DNA of 64,000 bases from an uncultured bacterium (GTDB lineage Bacteria > Hydrothermota > Tepidihabitantia > Tepidihabitantales > Tepidihabitantaceae): positions 75,656 through 139,655 of the forward strand of contig CAYPNB010000001.1 of assembly GCA_964412225.1 (NCBI GenBank), read 5' to 3'. Each line of letters starts with the position of its first letter. Within the stretch, counting starts at the first letter, position 1. Shown here in pieces: positions 56,195-64,000 of the stretch. The position numbers were made by a program, and so were the translations under genes. A model generated the notes under the pieces. That model did not search any database and was not told where the DNA came from. It saw only the letters and a list, made by a program, of their open reading frames with translations.

Positions 56195-57163
56195 ATGAAG
56201 CGGCAGTTTGTTAAGGACCTGAAGCCGGGTACCCTGGTTAACGATGTGTTCTTCTGTTCCCACCGGGATATTAAGGAGCGCCGGGATGGTAGCCAGTTTC
56301 TGACTTTTGAGATGTGCGACCGCACCGGTTCCATAGCGGCGATAATGTGGGACAACATTGAGGATGGCATTAACTACATTGCCGAAGGTTCATTCTGTCA
56401 CATTCAGGGTCGGGTTACCGATTATCAGGGGCGGCCGCAGGTGACGGTCAATGCGGTTTTCCCAGTTGAACCGGTCCAGGTGTCCCGGACCGATTTTCTG
56501 GCGGTGAGTCCGTTTGACCGGGGTGAACTGCTCGCCGAGCTACAGGGATATATCAAACAGGTCGGCAACCGATTTCTGCGCGGTCTCCTGGACAGTTTTT
56601 TCGGTGACCCGGGGTTTGCCGAGCAGTTTGCCCTGGCGCCGGCAGCGGTGCGGGTTCACCACGCCTATATCGGTGGACTCTTGGAGCATACGGTGATGAT
56701 GTGCCGGCAGGTCCGGCAGGTCGCCGAGGTCTATCCTAACCTGGACCGGGACTTACTCCTTACCGGCGTCATCCTCCACGACATCGGTAAGGTCCAGGAG
56801 TACGCCTTTGAGACCGCGATTGACCACACCGACGACGGCAAACTAATCGGTCATATTGTCCTCGGTTATGAGATGGTGCGCGAGCGGATTGCCCGGATTG
56901 AGGGTTTTCCGTCCGATCTCGCCCGGATGGTTTTGCACATCATCCTTGCCCATCATGGCGAAAATCGGTTTGGCTCGCCCAAGACACCAAAATTTCCCGA
57001 GGCGTTTGTGGTGTTTTTCCTTGATTATCTGGACTCCCGGCTGGCGATTTTCCGGACCGCGATGGAGAAAAATAAAGGGGTCAGGTGGACCGAGTTCAAC
57101 GACTATCTGGAGACCGACGTTTACATAAAGGAACCAGCCGACAGGGACCAAACTGATACCTGA
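56195..57163 (+). CDS. OB-fold plus HD-domain phosphohydrolase (YhaM-like 3'-5' exoribonuclease family)
   Basis: N-terminal OB fold (FLTFEMCDRTGSIAAIMWDN...GRVTDYQGRPQVTV) plus an HD motif (HHAYIGGLLEHT...GVILHDIGK). Confidence 0.75.
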   Translation: MKRQFVKDLKPGTLVNDVFFCSHRDIKERRDGSQFLTFEMCDRTGSIAAIMWDNIEDGINYIAEGSFCHIQGRVTDYQGRPQVTVNAVFPVEPVQVSRTDFLAVSPFDRGELLAELQGYIKQVGNRFLRGLLDSFFGDPGFAEQFALAPAAVRVHHAYIGGLLEHTVMMCRQVRQVAEVYPNLDRDLLLTGVILHDIGKVQEYAFETAIDHTDDGKLIGHIVLGYEMVRERIARIEGFPSDLARMVLHIILAHHGENRFGSPKTPKFPEAFVVFFLDYLDSRLAIFRTAMEKNKGVRWTEFNDYLETDVYIKEPADRDQTDT

Positions 57164-57788
57164 TTTTTCCACCGTTGCCGCCAGCGGCACCGCGCTGGGT
57201 ATTACCATCAGCACAACCCATTATCAACAGCTCTGCCAGTACGCCGGGCTGGTTCAGGAATGGAACAAAAAAATCAATCTGATTTCCCGCCGGGATATTG
57301 CCCGCATTTTCACCTATCACATTATTGATGCCCTTGCCGTGGCACGGTTCATTCCCGAAAATGCCCGCTGCTGTGATATCGGGACCGGTGCGGGTCTGCC
57401 GGGAATTCCCCTGGCGATTGTCCGCTCCGACCTGACGATGAACCTGGTGGAGGCAACAAAGAAAAAGTGCCGTTTTCTCAACCACGCGGTTCAGGAACTG
57501 GGGTTGACTAACTGTTTTGTGTTCGGGGAGCGGTCGGAGGCGCTCTTGCCCTTAAATTGCGATGTGGTTCTGAGCCGGTTGACCGGTCCGGTGGCAAAGG
57601 TTTTGCCGGAGTTTGTTCATCATCTTAAGACCGATGGGGTGGTGGTGCTTTATAAAAGTCCTGCCGGAAAAGAGGGGCTTCCGGCCAGTTTATTAAAGCG
57701 ATTGCACCTGGTAGTGAGCGGGACCGCGGACCTGGCTTTGCCCATTTCCGGAGTCCCCCGGCGGTTTGTTTTTCTGCGCCGGGGATAA
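57153..57788 (+). CDS. rsmG: 16S rRNA (guanine527-N7)-methyltransferase RsmG; start uncertain
   Basis: The SAM-binding motif CDIGTGAGLPGIPLAIV and the whole RsmG fold are clear. The canonical-start ORF (GTG 57339) would remove ~60 conserved N-terminal residues (..QQLCQYAGLVQEWNKKINLISRRD...HIIDAL.) that are in frame upstream with no ATG/GTG/TTG. The frame opens after the TAA at 57126-57128, and the CTG at 57153 (after AGGGA) is the best candidate start. Confidence 0.6.
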   Translation: MIPDFSTVAASGTALGITISTTHYQQLCQYAGLVQEWNKKINLISRRDIARIFTYHIIDALAVARFIPENARCCDIGTGAGLPGIPLAIVRSDLTMNLVEATKKKCRFLNHAVQELGLTNCFVFGERSEALLPLNCDVVLSRLTGPVAKVLPEFVHHLKTDGVVVLYKSPAGKEGLPASLLKRLHLVVSGTADLALPISGVPRRFVFLRRG

Positions 57789-57791
57789 AAC

Positions 57792-57830
57792 CAAAAAAAT
57801 AAGAAGGCCTACACCCCGAGGCCTTCCTAA
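57792..57830 (-). terminator. Rho-independent terminator directly downstream of the 16S rRNA (GAAGGCC-loop-GGCCTTC plus TTATTTTTTTGG on minus strand)
   Basis: 7-bp stem with a 7-T run on the minus strand about 60 nt past the 16S 3' end. It also serves the rsmG 3' end on the plus strand. Confidence 0.6.
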
Positions 57831-57890
57831 TTTAACCACTGATTGAGGATGTAACACTTTAAAGCGTGCCCGGGTCGTGCAAAACTCGTA

Positions 57891-59425
<1,535 letters not shown>

Positions 59426-59514
59426 AAAAAGCTTAGAAGGAAATGACTTGGCACAACCCGAGCACGCTTTTGGGTTACATCCGAATTATCAAAGAGCGAC
59501 ATCTCTGTAACTTT

Positions 59515-59543
59515 AGAATACACAAAAAAATTGCCATTGTCAA
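59515..59543 (-). promoter_or_regulatory. rRNA promoter (-35 TTGACA, 17 nt spacer, -10 TATTCT) about 90 nt upstream of the 16S 5' end
   Basis: The minus strand reads TTGACAatggcaatttttttgtgTATTCT in an AT-rich block (UP-element-like) within an otherwise ~60% GC context. Confidence 0.55.
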
Positions 59544-59652
59544 GCAGGTTTTTCATGAGCAATAATTGTTTCTATCTTATTATTTTTCAGATTGTTATGG
59601 TTTAAACCGAAAAAATATTTCAACTGTTCTTTCCCGGGGTGGGGAACCACTT

Positions 59653-59907
59653 TTATTTTTGCTCTTTGTCTGTGGTATCCCCGGAGTTTTTTTTCTCTTT
59701 TTCGGCTCTGGGACTGGTTTTGTTTTTGTAGTCGGTGATGTAGAAGCCGGAGCCCTTGAAGATTAATCCGGCACCGCCGGAAATCAGCCGCTGGACGCAG
59801 TTTTTCTTTTTGCACTTCGGGCAGTCTTTGAGCGCCGGTGCGGTAATTGACTGAAACTGACTGAACTTATGGCCGCATTTGTTGCAGCGATAGTCGTAGG
59901 TAGGCAT
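59653..59907 (-). CDS. FmdB-family zinc-ribbon protein
   Basis: MPTYDYRCNKCGHKF...CPKCKKKN CxxC...CxxC ribbon with an N-terminal pattern typical of the FmdB family, and a Lys/Glu-rich tail. Confidence 0.75.
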   Translation of the reverse strand: MPTYDYRCNKCGHKFSQFQSITAPALKDCPKCKKKNCVQRLISGGAGLIFKGSGFYITDYKNKTSPRAEKEKKNSGDTTDKEQK

Positions 59908-59956
59908 GTTATTTCAGGACCAGGGGCGGGGACATCCCCGCCCCTGTTTTTCGTTT

Positions 59957-61600
<1,644 letters not shown>

Positions 61601-61615
61601 TTTTAAACCTCCCTT

Positions 61616-61909
61616 TTACTTTTCCTTCTCAATTATACCGAGGACATCGTCCTCACGCATAATCAGATACTCTTTGTCGTCAATCCGGATTTCGTTGCCG
61701 GAGTACTTCCCGAACAGGATATAGTCTCCCTTCTTCACTTCCATCGGAATCCGGTTTCCCTTGTCGTCAATCCGACCTGGTCCAACCGCAATAACCTTTC
61801 CCTGTTGCGGTTTCTCGCGAGCGGTATCCGGGATAATAATACCGCCCTTTTTTACCTCTTCTTCTACTCTTTCTATCAGGATACGGTCCTGTAAGGGTTT
61901 AATTTTCAT
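61616..61909 (-). CDS. groS: Co-chaperonin GroES (Cpn10)
   Basis: 97 aa: [45 protein letters not shown]... Lies 15 nt upstream of groL. Confidence 0.95.
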   Translation of the reverse strand: MKIKPLQDRILIERVEEEVKKGGIIIPDTAREKPQQGKVIAVGPGRIDDKGNRIPMEVKKGDYILFGKYSGNEIRIDDKEYLIMREDDVLGIIEKEK

Positions 61910-62030
61910 CGTTCCTCCTTTTTATACCTCTGATATAACCTTGTAAAATCCCTGCACTTCCAAATCCCAGCTTCCCATCCCGACCCCCTGATTTTATTAG
62001 ACAACAGCGACCAGCAGGGAGATTCAGGAA

Positions 62031-62104
62031 TGGGCGATACCTGAATTGAACAGGTGACCTCCTCCTTGTAAGGGAGGCGCTCTCGCCAACTGAGCTAATC
62101 GCCC
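62031..62104 (-). tRNA. tRNA-Val (anticodon UAC)
   Basis: The reverse complement folds as acceptor GGGCGAT/ATCGCCC, D arm GCTC-AGTTGGCGA-GAGC, anticodon stem CCTCC/GGAGG with loop CTTACAA (UAC), T arm ACCTG-TTCAATT-CAGGT, discriminator A. It lies ~120 nt upstream of groES on the same strand. Confidence 0.85.
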
Positions 62105-62302
62105 ATTTTAGAAATTATAACCCCATTTCAATACCCTGTCAAACAGACCCTGGGGCGGTCCCCCCCACCGTTACCCTGGTTGCCGGTTTATTGAACTTTT
62201 AATTTATAAATATTTAGAAAGCAAAGACTTAATTACTTACCCCTGGTTTGCGGGAAAACTCCGGCGTGAATTTTTCCCGGACCCGGGGTCTTAAAGGTCA
62301 GA

Positions 62303-62677
62303 ATGAAAAACAGGAAAATTATGGGCAATTGTGAAAGGGCGATTGAGCGCTACCGGAAAAAGGTGCTCCGGAACCGGGGCAAAACCCTGATACCGGAAAT
62401 TGCCGGTTTGATGGTGGACAACTATGCGGCTGCCCGGCAGATCCAGGAGATGGTGGACCGGGCAACCCGGGCCGCACTTATCGGCCGGGATGTATCGGTT
62501 ATCAACCGGGTTGCCTATCTCAGCTTTGGGCGTCAGGTGTGGGGCAGGGCAAAGCGGTTTACCGGCAAAACTCTGGCAAAGGAACTCCAGCTGATCCGGC
62601 AGCGCTGGCAAGAGCGGGGCCTGGACCCGGAGATTATGCGGGAAGTTGAGGAGCATGTGCGGCGGGTTATATCTTGA
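62303..62677 (+). CDS. Hypothetical protein (basic, Arg-rich)
   Basis: 124-aa ORF upstream of the ECF sigma gene with no recognisable motif and no TM segment. Coding status is supported only by ORF length and operon position. Confidence 0.4.
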   Translation: MKNRKIMGNCERAIERYRKKVLRNRGKTLIPEIAGLMVDNYAAARQIQEMVDRATRAALIGRDVSVINRVAYLSFGRQVWGRAKRFTGKTLAKELQLIRQRWQERGLDPEIMREVEEHVRRVIS

Positions 62678-62689
62678 CCGGAGCCCAAG

Positions 62690-63268
62690 GTGTCATATCC
62701 TGATTCTGTTGTGGACCCGGAAGCGGACCTGGTTGCCGAGCTCAAGGCGGAAAAACCCGGCGCACTGGAAAAACTCTTTCACACCTACTGGCGACCGGTT
62801 ATGGCTCTTGCCTTAAGCCACCTGCCGGACTCGGCAGAAGCGGAAGACTGTGCGATTGAGACCTTTACCGACATCGCCCGGGGGATAAAAAACTTCCGGG
62901 GCGAGGCGAAGCTTTCTACCTATATTTATCGGATTGCGCTCAACCGCATCCGTAAACACCAGCGCGCCAATGCCCGGCGCATCCAAACGGTGCCCCTGAA
63001 CAACGGTGCCGAAAATATCGCCACCACCCGGACATTGGAGCAGGAGCAGGAACTAAAAGGCGAAGTTGTCTGGCTGTTAAAAGCGGTCAACAGCTTGCCC
63101 CGGCTTCAGCGCGAGGCGATAATCCTGCGCCACATAATTGACCTGCCCCTTGTCCGGGTGGCAGAAGTTCTCGGTGTCGGCACCGGTGTGGCGGCGATGC
63201 GCATCAACCGGGGGCTCAAGCGGCTCCGGCGAATGCGCGACCGGCGCCGAAAAAAGGAGGCAAGATGA
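62690..63268 (+). CDS. ECF-type RNA polymerase sigma-70 factor
   Basis: Region 2 (FHTYWRPVMALALSHLPDSAEAEDCAIETFTDIARGIKNFRGEAKLSTYIYRIALNRI) and region 4 (LPRLQREAIILRHIIDLPLVRVAEVLGVGTGVAAMRINRGLKRLR) are both present. Confidence 0.8.
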   Translation: MSYPDSVVDPEADLVAELKAEKPGALEKLFHTYWRPVMALALSHLPDSAEAEDCAIETFTDIARGIKNFRGEAKLSTYIYRIALNRIRKHQRANARRIQTVPLNNGAENIATTRTLEQEQELKGEVVWLLKAVNSLPRLQREAIILRHIIDLPLVRVAEVLGVGTGVAAMRINRGLKRLRRMRDRRRKKEAR

Positions 63269-64000
63269 AACCGACCGCGATCAACCGGCTGTTCCAGAAC
63301 GCAAAGACGGCAATCGCAGAAAAAGTTCAGCGCACTGACCCGCAACAACTCTGGCACCGGCTCAACCAAAACTTAAGACAAAAGGACCTTAACCGGATCC
63401 TCCTCCGGTTAAACAACTGGGAGAAACAGCCGACGCGGCTCCGGTTTACCGACCGCAAAGACCTCCTCCTCCTCCTTCTCTATGTCCGGGGCAGAACCGG
63501 CAAAACCGCGGAACCGCTTCTGGGAATGACCCGGATAATGAAACTGGTTTTCATTGCGGTTCAGGAACTTTTCCTTGCCCCGCTGGTGCGCAACCCCTAC
63601 CGCTTTGTCCCTTACAAACTCGGACCCTGGGCGCCCGAACTCTATTCTGACCTTGAGACATTAATTGAGGCCGGGCTCATCCGGGCGATGAAACTTGACC
63701 CGGAAGGTGTTCCGGTGATTGCGCTGGACTCGGCAACCGCGGGCGACATCAGCCGGCTCAACTCGGGCATCAGCGCTGCGGAACGGCTGGACTCGTTAAC
63801 CCTTGCCTTCAAACTCACCCCCCGAGGCAGACGCTTTGCCCGTGCCCTTATGCAGGCGGCGACAAAGCGCCAGAAAAACATCCTCCCCGGACTGGAGATT
63901 GTCAAAACCCAGTTTGGCGCCCTGCCCCTCACCCAACTCCTCCGCTATGTCTACACCCGCTACCCGGAATACACCAGCAAATCGGAGATAATATCAAAAC
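63265..64000 (+). CDS. Panacea (DUF4065/SocA-like) domain protein, partial (continues past window end)
   Basis: Not in the ORF track because it is open at the window end. Its ATG overlaps the sigma-factor stop (ATGA). The product MKPTAINRLF... includes ...MTRIMKLVFIAVQELFLAPLVRNPYRFVPYKLGPWAPELYSDLETLIEAGLI..., which resembles the Panacea antitoxin-like domain. Confidence 0.5.
   Translation, partial: MKPTAINRLFQNAKTAIAEKVQRTDPQQLWHRLNQNLRQKDLNRILLRLNNWEKQPTRLRFTDRKDLLLLLLYVRGRTGKTAEPLLGMTRIMKLVFIAVQELFLAPLVRNPYRFVPYKLGPWAPELYSDLETLIEAGLIRAMKLDPEGVPVIALDSATAGDISRLNSGISAAERLDSLTLAFKLTPRGRRFARALMQAATKRQKNILPGLEIVKTQFGALPLTQLLRYVYTRYPEYTSKSEIISK

Noticed and set aside
61910-62030. Looked for a CIRCE (TTAGCACTC-N9-GAGTGCTAA) heat-shock operator upstream of groES
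   Set aside because: No match on either strand. Only a tRNA-Val and an AGGAGG RBS are present, and regulation of groESL here is unresolved.

Overview
The window reads as a high-GC (~60%) chromosomal segment from an anaerobic, Gram-negative bacterium. Seven or more proteins end in type IX secretion (Por_Secre_tail-like) C-terminal domains, which suggests the FCB superphylum or a related candidate phylum. Coding density is high and most genes are homology-supported.

Housekeeping content includes:
- groES-groEL
- a single unlinked 16S rRNA gene on the minus strand (no 23S within reach)
- tRNA-Arg(CCG) and tRNA-Val(UAC)
- rpmA, acpP-fabF, coaE, lspA, nifS/iscS-like, deoC, kbl, rsmG

Accessory and physiological content:

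(i) A ~16 kb, translationally coupled heterodisulfide-reductase/Flx-like supercluster spans 3703-19910. Its order is mvhD(flxD-like), flxC-like, flxB/asrA-like, flxA/asrB-like, hdrC, hdrB, hdrA, a 1493-aa HdrL-like giant, a second mvhD, a second flxC-like gene, a tandem-duplicated HdrC-like protein, and a 1029-aa double-HdrA fusion. This is the most interesting system in the window and a candidate NAD(P)H-linked flavin-based electron-bifurcating complex of unknown acceptor.

(ii) A cytoplasmic fumarate-reductase-like FeS/flavoprotein pair sits next to a split class-I fumarase.

(iii) A dtxR-feoA(tandem)-feoB-M23 iron operon.

(iv) A cobalamin riboswitch in front of a TonB-dependent receptor.

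(v) A block of T9SS cargo genes, including two paralogous giants built from an unfamiliar ~50-aa repeat.

(vi) An ECF sigma factor overlapping a Panacea(DUF4065)-like gene that runs off the window end.

No CRISPR arrays, integrases or transposases were seen. All calls are by eye from the sequence and the supplied ORF track, and no database searches were run.
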